NCBI GenBank assembly: GCA_030637025.1
Contig: DAOVVV010000002.1
Location: 1-64,000, forward strand
Direction of reading: 5' to 3'
DNA from: Clostridia bacterium
GTDB lineage: Bacteria > CBDUZB01 > JAGLHV01
Length of the DNA stretch: 64,000 nucleotides
Both the position numbers and the translations under genes were made by a program. The notes beneath the pieces are model-generated. The model saw nothing but the letters and a program-made list of their open reading frames with translations, did not search any database and was not told where the DNA came from. Positions 1-8,675 of the stretch are shown here, in pieces. Numbering within the stretch: position 1 is the stretch's first letter; the number at the start of each line of letters is the position of its first letter.

Positions 1-264
1 GGGATCTTCAGAAACTACTTTGATTTTTGGAGGGTTCTCCACTTTTATACCATTTTGTAAAAGCCTGTTTACCTTTTCGATGTAATCTTCTTTAGCTTTT
101 ATATTCCCTAAAATAAAAAACATTTCTTTAACAATTTGAGCTGAAAAGACTGCTTTATATTTATTTTGCAGGCAACCTTCAATAATTTTAGCTGAGGAAC
201 TTCCCCGGTTAAAATAAGCAGCGACAAAAAGATTAGTATCCAATACTATTTTCATTTTTTTCAT
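1..264 (-). CDS. PIN-domain putative toxin (runs off the window edge; not in the ORF track)
   Basis: Manual translation MKKMKIVLDTNLFVAAYFNRGSSSAKII...KIKVVSEDP; VLDTN start and terminal DP motif typical of PIN_3-type proteins. Confidence 0.85.
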   Translation of the reverse strand, partial: MKKMKIVLDTNLFVAAYFNRGSSSAKIIEGCLQNKYKAVFSAQIVKEMFFILGNIKAKEDYIEKVNRLLQNGIKVENPPKIKVVSEDP

Positions 265-296
265 TATGCATTACTTATATTTATATTAATCAAGTT

Positions 297-875
297 TTAA
301 AGCCGTTTAACTTCTTCTAAAAATATGCAAATTATATTAATAACTATTCCCGTCCCAAAAATAAAGATGCTCCATAGGAATAAATTACTCACCAAATATT
401 TTTCTTTAATTATAGACTTCATATCGTATAATTCAAGAGTCATAAATCTCGCATTGGAAAATAAAAGCTCAAGTTCAATAGAAGCAAGATCTTTAATTCC
501 TTCAGGAGTAGCTACTCCAACTGTTCCTCCCCATGTTAATGCTCTAATTTGAGTAATTATTGAATCAACATTACCCATTATTTTTTCGTTTACTATTTCG
601 GAAATTTCAGAAAAACCCTTATCTCCTTTTTTTAATATATAATTGATTTCCTTATTATGCATTTTATCAAACGCAGAAATCGCTTTTGTATATCTCGGCG
701 TCAAAATACTATAAACAAATGAAAAATTATCAGCATTTGATATCATATACGCTATACTTACCAAAATAATACCAAGAAAGTTAAAATAAAATATTTTTGA
801 CAAATTCCGCGATTTGCCCCTTAGAAAAAAAATTCTTTTAACACAATACTTAACTATTTTATTTACAAAAGACAA
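297..875 (-). CDS. Hypothetical membrane protein with N- and C-terminal TM helices
   Basis: 192-aa ORF, TTG start preceded by AAGGAG, two hydrophobic segments. Confidence 0.6.
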   Translation of the reverse strand: MSFVNKIVKYCVKRIFFLRGKSRNLSKIFYFNFLGIILVSIAYMISNADNFSFVYSILTPRYTKAISAFDKMHNKEINYILKKGDKGFSEISEIVNEKIMGNVDSIITQIRALTWGGTVGVATPEGIKDLASIELELLFSNARFMTLELYDMKSIIKEKYLVSNLFLWSIFIFGTGIVINIICIFLEEVKRL

Positions 876-892
876 TAAAGTCTCCTTTACAA

Positions 893-1021
893 TTATTTTT
901 TAAGTCTTTCTATTTCTTGTTGTATTTCTTTAATAACCTCAGTATTATAAATTTTTTTTTTGTCATCTTCTTTTACAGAGATTACATAGAAAACTTTTCC
1001 ACCGTTTTTAATTATTCCTTT
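893..1021 (-). pseudogene. Possible 3' gene remnant (42 codons, no start codon)
   Basis: Open frame KGIIKNGGKVFYVISVKEDDKKKIYNTEVIKEIQQEIERLKK* preceded by an in-frame TAG; reads like a protein C-terminus. Confidence 0.3.
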
Positions 1022-1053
1022 CTAAATAATTCTGAGAATATAATTGTTTTATA

Positions 1054-2181
1054 CTATAAATAAAAATACATTTGATCAAGAACTAATATTGCCTGCAAGG
1101 CTTTCATTTTACTATAATCTTCCGCTTTTGCTACACCATGTGATGTGCTATGCCGTGATAAATCTATTTTACCACTTTTTAAATCAAAATTTTTAAAGAT
1201 AGTTTTCTTTAAATAACTAAAAAAGATATCAGGAAACCCTAAAGAATTCCTTGATATAAATTTGTTTTTTGCTTTTTGGTCAACATATTGTAAAAGTTTA
1301 GCAAAAGAGGGATTCTCATTAATTTCATTAAGATAACTCATTCGTATAATTCCTTCTATTTCAGAATAAAGCGTTTTTATACATGTTATAAAATCAGATT
1401 CAGTGTTTCTAACATAGGCATTGATACCTGCTGTTAAAATCGATTTCTTTCTTTGAAATATTTCCTTATTCCACCATTTATTAACGAATGATTCAATCCT
1501 GTTTTTATCAAACTTATTTATAAATTCATTTATTGCCGATATAAATTTGTTTTTATCTTTATAATATTTTGATAATCTTTTAAAATCTCCTCCCAATAAC
1601 TGAATAAAAGGAAACCATCCATCATTAACCATTTTATTGAACATTTTCTCGTTTTCAAGAACAGCATATTCTTCTTGAAAAGTAAGATATTTATAACATG
1701 TTCCAAGTTTATGAGGTAATTTATCTATATCTAAGTTTCGAGTACAATCAAAAAAAAGTCCAAATTTCCACCCTATTTTAAAGCAGAATATTAAACAATC
1801 ATCTCCTTTGATCTTTATATCTCCAAAACGAAGGTTGTTAATGTCAGCTATATCAATTATTCGTATTGCTTGGTCTTTTTTAATATTCGACCGTTTAGGT
1901 AAGACCTCTGTAACTATTGGGAAATCATTAACATAAATATCAGCTGATACATCTTGATGAATAACAATTAAATAACGATGTATCTTATTCACAGGATAAT
2001 ATCTATTTAGATATATTTCTGCTATTCGGTCTGAATATAAATAAAATTCAGGTTGATCAGAATAAATAAACGCAGATAGCAACACTTTCGCCTTGTTGTC
2101 TCTTGGTTCAATATTTTCTGCAGCAAATCCAGCAAAATTTTCAACCCTATTGAATTTTAGATGATTTTGTATATCTTTCAC
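1054..2181 (-). CDS. Hypothetical protein with C-terminal HEPN-like domain
   Basis: 375 aa; helix YSEIEGIIR followed by LSRHSTSHG (RxxxxH motif) near the C-terminus. Confidence 0.6.
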   Translation of the reverse strand: MKDIQNHLKFNRVENFAGFAAENIEPRDNKAKVLLSAFIYSDQPEFYLYSDRIAEIYLNRYYPVNKIHRYLIVIHQDVSADIYVNDFPIVTEVLPKRSNIKKDQAIRIIDIADINNLRFGDIKIKGDDCLIFCFKIGWKFGLFFDCTRNLDIDKLPHKLGTCYKYLTFQEEYAVLENEKMFNKMVNDGWFPFIQLLGGDFKRLSKYYKDKNKFISAINEFINKFDKNRIESFVNKWWNKEIFQRKKSILTAGINAYVRNTESDFITCIKTLYSEIEGIIRMSYLNEINENPSFAKLLQYVDQKAKNKFISRNSLGFPDIFFSYLKKTIFKNFDLKSGKIDLSRHSTSHGVAKAEDYSKMKALQAILVLDQMYFYL

Positions 2182-2301
2182 TGTTTCTTTACCTAATTTA
2201 TTTATAGCCTTCCTGCCGATATTTATACTTTCAATCTACTTATCTGTAATTTTTAATTATTTACTGATTATTCGTGCTATTTGCCACTTGCAGTCATTTA
2301 G

Positions 2302-2463
2302 TTTTTGTCTTTAATTTTTTTAACTTATAATTTATCCCTCATAACTCATAAATACATGCCACAAATAGTCATATACCCACTTCATTCGAGTAATAAAACA
2401 ATCTTTGACTATCTTTTGACTTTTGTCTGTTATCTATGGACTATGGACTGTCGACTATGGACT
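2302..2463. repeat. Mosaic of degenerate 7-bp tandem repeats (locus A)
   Basis: CTATGGA CTATGGA CTGTCGA CTATGGA at 2434-2461, plus TAACTTA/TAACTCA and TCTGTTATCT modules shared with 20068-20204 and 31047-31100. Confidence 0.85.
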
Positions 2464-2968
2464 GTTTGTTGCTATTTACTATTTCATATTCCTGCACTAC
2501 TTTATTGGCTAAAAGTGAAGTAGTGATTTTTTCTATCCCGGCTTTAGCAAGATTTCCTTTTAAAATGTATTTACAGCCGGTTTTTACTCTATTTACCTCG
2601 TTTTTTAATCCTAAATCACGAATGCCTTTCTTTACTGTCTCTCCTACTGTATCCGTAACTCCTTTTTTAAACCAAACTTCTACTAACCATTGATTATTTT
2701 TCTTTTTTGATGCCGGACAAATATTTTTCTGATTTGTGGTTTTTTCTAAAGGAAAGACCTTAAAATCCTGAGTGATTCCATCGATAAGTAAATTTTTACA
2801 AATACCGGTTATTTCTTTGACAGTAAAATCTCCGTCTATCTCATATAAAAGAATGGATTTAACCTCTTCTATGCCTTTGAGCCCCAAATCTAAAATATCT
2901 TTTTCGGTTTCCTCTGCTTTTATATCTTTTATATGTTGTTTATGAGAAATTTCTATTTTATAATTCAT
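2441..2968 (-). CDS. purS: FGAM synthase subunit PurS, tandem two-domain form
   Basis: Two PurS-like halves; second has VEVWFKKGVTDTVGETV...LLANKVVQEY. Confidence 0.8.
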   Translation of the reverse strand: MNYKIEISHKQHIKDIKAEETEKDILDLGLKGIEEVKSILLYEIDGDFTVKEITGICKNLLIDGITQDFKVFPLEKTTNQKNICPASKKKNNQWLVEVWFKKGVTDTVGETVKKGIRDLGLKNEVNRVKTGCKYILKGNLAKAGIEKITTSLLANKVVQEYEIVNSNKQSIVDSP

Positions 2969-3006
2969 ATTTTTATCGTTTTTATTTAGTCATTTATAAA
3001 GACAAC

Positions 3007-4167
3007 TTATTTTCCCATACCTACTCTTTGTGCTTTCTGAAAAACTTTTCCTTCCGATTTTATGTCCGGAGCAATAACAATCTCTACCAACTGCATTTCA
3101 TTGATATTTTTTGCTCCTAAACTAGCCATACTAATGCGTAAAGCACCTACAAGATTTTGTGTCCCGTCATCTACCATAGCCGGGCCCAGAAGAATTTCCT
3201 TTAGAGCTGCCGTAGTTCCTACCTTAACCCTTGTTCCCCGGGGTAAATTTACATCCGGAGTAGCCATTCCCCAGTGGTATCCTTTCCCCGGTGCTTCTTT
3301 TGCCTTAGCCAGTCCGGACCCAATCATCACCATATCCGCTCCCGAGGCAAAAGCCTTACAAATATCTCCGCTGGTTACCATTCCCCCATCAGTAATAATA
3401 GAAACATATCTTCCTGTTTTTTTATAGTAAAAATCCCTTGCCTGAGCACAATCAATAGTAGCCGTCACTTGAGGAACCCCTATTCCTAATACGCCACGGG
3501 TAGTACAAGCTGCTCCCGGACCTATTCCCACAAGAAGCCCGGAACAACCCGTTTCCATTAATTCCAAAGAGGCTTCGTAACCGACACAATTACCGATAAT
3601 TACAGGAATTTTCAGTTGCTTACAAATATTGCCCATATTTACTTCTTTATATTGAGTAGAATAATGCCGCGGGGCAGCAACCGTAGATTGAATAACAAAA
3701 ATATCTGCACCGGCTTCCTGGGCAATAAGACTAAACTTCTTTGCCCTCTTAGGAATACTAGAAACCGCTGCCGGGACTTTTGCTGCTTTTATTTGTTCAA
3801 TCCGCTTGGCAATTAAATGCTCTTTTATTGGGGCTTTATAAATTTTCTGAAAAATTGACGTTGCTTTTTCATAAGGGGCTTCGACTATTTCTTTAACAAC
3901 TTCTTCCGGATTTTCATACCGCGTTTGAATTCCTTCCAGATTTAAAACGGCTAATCCCCCTAACTTACCCATAGCAATAGCAAATTTTACATCTACTACC
4001 CCGTCCATTGCCGAAGCAATAATAGGGATTTTAATCTTCAAATTTCCGATATTGGAGCTGGTTTCTACTTCCTCGGGATTAATGGTTAAATTACCTGTAA
4101 CCAATGCTACCTCATCAAAACCATAAGCTCTTCTTGCTTCCCGATCTTTTCCAATAAAAAAAGGCAT
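3007..4167 (-). CDS. guaB3: GuaB3-family IMP dehydrogenase-related protein
   Basis: RAYGFDEVALV, IASAMDGVVD, GIGPGAACTTR catalytic Cys loop, no CBS pair. Confidence 0.9.
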   Translation of the reverse strand: MPFFIGKDREARRAYGFDEVALVTGNLTINPEEVETSSNIGNLKIKIPIIASAMDGVVDVKFAIAMGKLGGLAVLNLEGIQTRYENPEEVVKEIVEAPYEKATSIFQKIYKAPIKEHLIAKRIEQIKAAKVPAAVSSIPKRAKKFSLIAQEAGADIFVIQSTVAAPRHYSTQYKEVNMGNICKQLKIPVIIGNCVGYEASLELMETGCSGLLVGIGPGAACTTRGVLGIGVPQVTATIDCAQARDFYYKKTGRYVSIITDGGMVTSGDICKAFASGADMVMIGSGLAKAKEAPGKGYHWGMATPDVNLPRGTRVKVGTTAALKEILLGPAMVDDGTQNLVGALRISMASLGAKNINEMQLVEIVIAPDIKSEGKVFQKAQRVGMGK

Positions 4168-4194
4168 ATTTTCCTCCTTAAATAAATATGAGTT

Positions 4195-4362
4195 AGAGTT
4201 TTGTAAAATGACACATTCTGCCTGCCTGTCCGCTCCGCCTTAGGCGGATAAGGCAAGTCATTCCGCACTCGATGCGGAATCTATACTGTGCTTAAAATAT
4301 CAATAGATTCCTGCTTTCGCAGGAATGACAATAAAGGTGAAAAGGCTATTTTGCAGAAGTCT
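4195..4362. mobile_element. MITE-like nested palindromic element
   Basis: Imperfect 15-bp terminal inverted repeats (12/15 match) enclosing TCCGCCTTAGGCGGA and paired GTCATTCC...GGAATC / GATTCCTGCTTTCGCAGGAATGAC hairpins. Confidence 0.7.
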
Positions 4363-4452
4363 AAAATAAGAGTAATATCAAAAATATTTTATTTTTTGCT
4401 AGCCGCAGGCTACCAGATTCCCGCAATCACCATCATTCTTCCCCATATTATT

Positions 4453-4890
4453 TTAATGGCCTGTACTGCCAAAGCCGCCTTCATTGCGGGAAGTTTCGTC
4501 TAATTCTTCACACTCCTGCCAATTAATCTGTTCTACCTTGTTTAATACAGCCTGGGCAATCCTTTCCCCTTTTTTAACAGTTACAGAAGAATTAGGATTA
4601 GTATTAAATATAATCACCCCAATTTCTCCCCGATATCCGGCATCTATTGTTCCCGGGGTATTTAAAACAGTAAGCCCTTTTTTAAGGGATAAACCGCTGC
4701 GGGGACGAATCTGTAATTCATACCCAAGAGGTATACCAACTTTTAGTCCTGTAGGAATCAACGCCCTTCCGGAAGACTCAATGGTAATATCTTCACTAGC
4801 GTTACAAAGATCCATCCCGGCATCCCCATGATGTTTATATTGCGGCAAGGAAACATCAGAATTTAACCGTTTAATCTGTACATTAATCAT
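4453..4890 (-). CDS. dut: dUTP diphosphatase
   Basis: AGMDL, RPRSG, GTIDAGYRGE, RNEGGFGSTG motifs. Confidence 0.97.
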   Translation of the reverse strand: MINVQIKRLNSDVSLPQYKHHGDAGMDLCNASEDITIESSGRALIPTGLKVGIPLGYELQIRPRSGLSLKKGLTVLNTPGTIDAGYRGEIGVIIFNTNPNSSVTVKKGERIAQAVLNKVEQINWQECEELDETSRNEGGFGSTGH

Positions 4891-4927
4891 TTTATTACTC
4901 CTAAATTTCAGATTTTTCTATTTAATA

Positions 4928-7342
4928 TCATCCCGCAACGCTGTAATTACCCTTCCGTCTATCTTTTAATTCACCTTTTTTAGATTTATTCCAATTTTGA
5001 ATCCGGCTAAAATAACCAACTACTCTGGATACACCATATACACTCTCCGAATCACAAAACTGGCAAGACTCCTTTAAACCCCTTGCCATTCGATGACATT
5101 GTTCGCAAATAGTAAACTCCGGAGAAATAGTAAGTTGAGCAGTTTTACTGCTTTTCCATGTTTTTTCAATTAAATTCATTATAGAAACAGGGGAAGGTTT
5201 TTGTTCTCCGATAAAAGCATGGGTTATAGCACCACTTTCAATTAAAGTATGGAACTTACTCTGTCCAATAATTCGGTCAACTAAACCCGTTGATGAAGCA
5301 GCACCGAAATGAATAGAATTAGTATAATATGCTTCTTCATTTCCAATATTACCTTTGATTACTTCTTTACTTTGAGGAAACTCTCTCAAATCCACTTTAG
5401 CCAATCTGCGCGCAGCAGACTCGGCAGGACTTTCTTCTAAAGAAACTCTAATATTATATTTTTTTTCATATTTTTTTGTTTTTAAAAACATAAAGGAAAT
5501 TATTTGTAAGCCAAGTTTATAAATCTCTTCGTCTTCATGTAATTGCTTACCGGTTAAATACTGTAAGCATTCATTCAGTCCAATTATTCCAATAATATAA
5601 GTCGCTTTTTCTAAATCTACATAAGGCCGTCCGTCCGCAGCTATTTTCCCAATTTGCCAGAGAGGTGAATTCTTAGTAGCCATTAACTCTTTAATAAAAC
5701 CTTTTTTTTGTAAATGAGCTTTCATGGCAATATCCATTGCCTCTTCAATTTTAGAAAAGAATTTTTCTTTACTTCCTTTTCCAGCCCGATAAGCTGCCTG
5801 AGGAAGATTAATAGTTACATTTTGAAATCCACAAAAACGCATTGATTCAGGATGCTCAATCATATATTTATCTTTTATCTGTGTCCGCAACCTGCAACAT
5901 GCCGAAAGAGTAACTTCATCCCGGTCAAAAACAAAGTAAGGAACTCCATTTTCACTGGCAATTACACAGGCATATTCCAATAATTCCCGTTGTTTGGAAT
6001 CTGTAAAGGTTTCCGCAGAAATATGTAAATCCATTTTTGGAAAAGCAAAAATGTGACCGTAGGAATCTCCCTCACGCCAAACTTCCATTAAAGCACGCGC
6101 AAACTCCTGGGACTCTTTTTCATAATCGGCATATGTTTTACCGGTATATTCTCCTTTGGGACCAATAGCAGGGACTGCTTTTAAATAAGAAGGAATACCC
6201 AGATGAATATTGAAATCAAGAAAAAGGGTTTGCCCTCCCCGGGAAAAAGCATTTTGCGACCCCGAAAAAATTAAATATTGCGCCTCCTGCTTCATTTCTT
6301 CAAAACTCATTCCTACCAGATAAGGAGCATAAAAAATATTAAGATAGGCTACGCCTAAAGCTCCGGCATAATATGCCTGCATAGAAGCAAGAAAAGTATT
6401 GAGATGTCCTGTTAATGTCCGTGCATGTTTAGCCGGTGAAGAAACTATTTCCAGATTGACTAAATCCAAACCATATTTTTTAATGTATTCCAAAGAATGG
6501 GAACTGCAATAAACCCGGGTAGGATATCCCAGGTCATGAAGATGTACTTTGCCGGTTAAATGAGCTAAAGCTACATCCTCGGAAAAAATATTATCCAGAG
6601 CATATTGTTTCAAAACCGTTTCAGCAATGGACATATTAATTGCTTCGGGATTATGAGCGGCTACATTACTATTTTCCAGGCTTTTAGAAAAAATCAATTG
6701 TTCTATATCATAAAGAGGCATCCCCAATTGTCTTTGTTTTTTTAATTTTTTGTCATAACCAAGAATTAACAATTCATTATCTACTAATTCCCGAATAAAT
6801 CCCGTAGTTACCTGCTTTATTTCCGAAGCAAAAATTTTTCTTTCTACTTCCAGAGCTATTTTTCGGGCTAAATTTTCTTTAAGATTTGCTTCTTTGACTA
6901 AAGCCTCTACAATTTTTTTCCTTGACCAGGGAAAAACCTGCCCTTTAACCGGGGTACTTACTAAAAGAGTCATATCGGTAACATCGGCAGTTCCTTTTAT
7001 TTCTTTTCTTACTTTTAACTGTTTTCTCATTCTTATCCGACGATCGCGGTATAAAATAAACGATTTTGCGGTAAGTGCATGTCCTTGTTCAATTAAAACC
7101 TTTTCAATTGCATCCTGAATAATACTAATGGTTAGTATTTTTTCTTTTTTATATTTTTTTATTAAGAATTTTTCTGCTTCTTCACCAAGAATATAAGCAA
7201 TTTTTTTATTATGTCCCCCTACGCTTTTAGCTGCTTTAAAAATTGCTTCGGAAATCTTTTTCCGGTTAAAAGAAACTATGCGTCCATCCCGTTTTTCAAC
7301 AGAAACAGACCATTCTTTTTTACTTACCTTTTTACGTTTCAT
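4928..7342 (-). CDS. nrdD: Class III (anaerobic) ribonucleoside-triphosphate reductase with two ATP-cones
   Basis: VEKRDGR ATP-cone, HLHDL..YC, SACCRL, PAES, YYTNS, CxxC..CxxC and SRVVGYF glycyl-radical motif. Confidence 0.95.
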   Translation of the reverse strand: MKRKKVSKKEWSVSVEKRDGRIVSFNRKKISEAIFKAAKSVGGHNKKIAYILGEEAEKFLIKKYKKEKILTISIIQDAIEKVLIEQGHALTAKSFILYRDRRIRMRKQLKVRKEIKGTADVTDMTLLVSTPVKGQVFPWSRKKIVEALVKEANLKENLARKIALEVERKIFASEIKQVTTGFIRELVDNELLILGYDKKLKKQRQLGMPLYDIEQLIFSKSLENSNVAAHNPEAINMSIAETVLKQYALDNIFSEDVALAHLTGKVHLHDLGYPTRVYCSSHSLEYIKKYGLDLVNLEIVSSPAKHARTLTGHLNTFLASMQAYYAGALGVAYLNIFYAPYLVGMSFEEMKQEAQYLIFSGSQNAFSRGGQTLFLDFNIHLGIPSYLKAVPAIGPKGEYTGKTYADYEKESQEFARALMEVWREGDSYGHIFAFPKMDLHISAETFTDSKQRELLEYACVIASENGVPYFVFDRDEVTLSACCRLRTQIKDKYMIEHPESMRFCGFQNVTINLPQAAYRAGKGSKEKFFSKIEEAMDIAMKAHLQKKGFIKELMATKNSPLWQIGKIAADGRPYVDLEKATYIIGIIGLNECLQYLTGKQLHEDEEIYKLGLQIISFMFLKTKKYEKKYNIRVSLEESPAESAARRLAKVDLREFPQSKEVIKGNIGNEEAYYTNSIHFGAASSTGLVDRIIGQSKFHTLIESGAITHAFIGEQKPSPVSIMNLIEKTWKSSKTAQLTISPEFTICEQCHRMARGLKESCQFCDSESVYGVSRVVGYFSRIQNWNKSKKGELKDRRKGNYSVAG

Positions 7343-7596
7343 TTAGCTTAACCACCCTCTTGAATAATTATTTTTTACTATGGTTACCCAGAAAGAACTT
7401 CCACCTGTAAATTAAAAACAAAATTAAATAAAAAAATATTTATTTTCTATAAACAGTCTTATAGATTGATTTTGTTTTTAGCCTTCAAAATAGTTGCTTT
7501 TATATACTTATGATAGGATCTAACCGACTTTCTACCCCGATAGTTAGAAAAAAATACTTTTAAAATAGGATATTTTATTTTTAATAAATAAACTAT

Positions 7597-7905
7597 CTAT
7601 CTAACATCCATTACCTGATCAAGATTAGCTTCATTAATAGTTATAAAATGTTTTTTAAATTCCAAAGATGTAGGAACAGCTTTTTCCCATCGAGCTACTT
7701 CTTCTCCTTCTTTTTCTAAAATAGTAGTAGGAACATCCATAGCATTCAATAAAGAACCTTCTACTAAACCATCTACTGTGTCTAAGTCATAAAAGACAAT
7801 TTCCGCTGATTTTTTTAAATCCCACTTTTTTAAAAAAAACTCAAATTTTTGCTTAGTTGCAGTACAGGCACTGCAATCATTTTTTCCAAAAATTTTAATC
7901 TTCAT
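7597..7905 (-). CDS. Glutaredoxin/NrdH-like redoxin
   Basis: KIFGKNDCSAC (CxxC) and VPT cis-Pro motif; lies between nrdR and nrdD. Confidence 0.8.
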   Translation of the reverse strand: MKIKIFGKNDCSACTATKQKFEFFLKKWDLKKSAEIVFYDLDTVDGLVEGSLLNAMDVPTTILEKEGEEVARWEKAVPTSLEFKKHFITINEANLDQVMDVR

Positions 7906-7959
7906 TTGTTTTATTGCCTCCTTCTTTATAATATTTTTATGTTTTTTTAAAACCGGACT

Positions 7960-8418
7960 TTACTTTTTTTGTAAACGTTTTAAAATCTGTAATTCGTGAA
8001 TAAAAGCATTTGCACTTTTAAACTTGCGATATACAGAAGCAAAACGAACATAAGCAACCTCATCTAATATTTTCAATTTTTTTAAAACTTTTTCTCCAAT
8101 AACTTTACTTTTCACTTCCATTACATAATCGCGCAATTCATATTCAATTTCATTTACCATATTTTCAATGACTTCAACACTTATCGGCCTTTTTTCACAA
8201 GCACGAATTATTCCTTCCCTTAATTTATTGCGGTTAAAAGATTCTCTGCGCTTATCATTTTTTATAATGATTAAAGGAATTTCTTCCAGTTTTTCGTAAG
8301 TAGTAAATCTTTTACCACAATTTAGACATTCCCTTCTGCGCCGTATTTCTGCAGCTTCTTCCAAAGGTCTGGAATCAATTACCTTATCGTTATCCTCTTT
8401 ACAAAAAGGACAGCGCAT
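7960..8418 (-). CDS. nrdR: Transcriptional repressor NrdR
   Basis: MRCPFC, IRRRREC..C.KRFTTYE, AYVRFASVY. Confidence 0.97.
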   Translation of the reverse strand: MRCPFCKEDNDKVIDSRPLEEAAEIRRRRECLNCGKRFTTYEKLEEIPLIIIKNDKRRESFNRNKLREGIIRACEKRPISVEVIENMVNEIEYELRDYVMEVKSKVIGEKVLKKLKILDEVAYVRFASVYRKFKSANAFIHELQILKRLQKK

Positions 8419-8427
8419 AACAGTTCA

Positions 8428-8474
8428 CCCCTATATAATGAAATTTGTTCATTCTATCACACCATATATAGTGT
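8428..8474. promoter_or_regulatory. Tandem NrdR boxes
   Basis: ACACCATATATAGTGT (8459-8474) fits acaCwAtATaTwGtgt at 15/16; weaker CCCCTATATAATGAAA (8428-8443) 31 bp away. Confidence 0.8.
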
Positions 8475-8480
8475 TGTCAA
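8451..8480 (-). promoter_or_regulatory. Sigma70 promoter of the nrdR operon
   Basis: TTGACA-18 nt-TAGAAT with extended TG; the strong NrdR box lies in the spacer. Confidence 0.7.
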
Positions 8481-8675
8481 GCAAAAAAAATACCTCCCCA
8501 AGAAATAATTTATTTTTAAAAAAAATAAAAATCCCAATAAAAAAACATACTTCTAAAAATCTTAAGCATTTTCTTCCCATCTTGATTTTTCCTTATCCCT
8601 ATCTCGTTTACCATTTTCTATTATTATATTTTAAAATTAATTGCATTTCAAAATCTATTACTCTTTAATTTAAGA

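Noticed and set aside
2305-2693. Plus-strand ORFs 2305-2523 and 2436-2693 (also 31065-31277)
   Set aside because: They start in or cross the heptamer arrays (MDYGL/LWTMD patterns) and are antisense to real genes.
7343-7596. Cobalamin riboswitch or other ncRNA upstream of nrdD
   Set aside because: Only a weak hairpin near 7520-7547; no B12-box motifs recognised.
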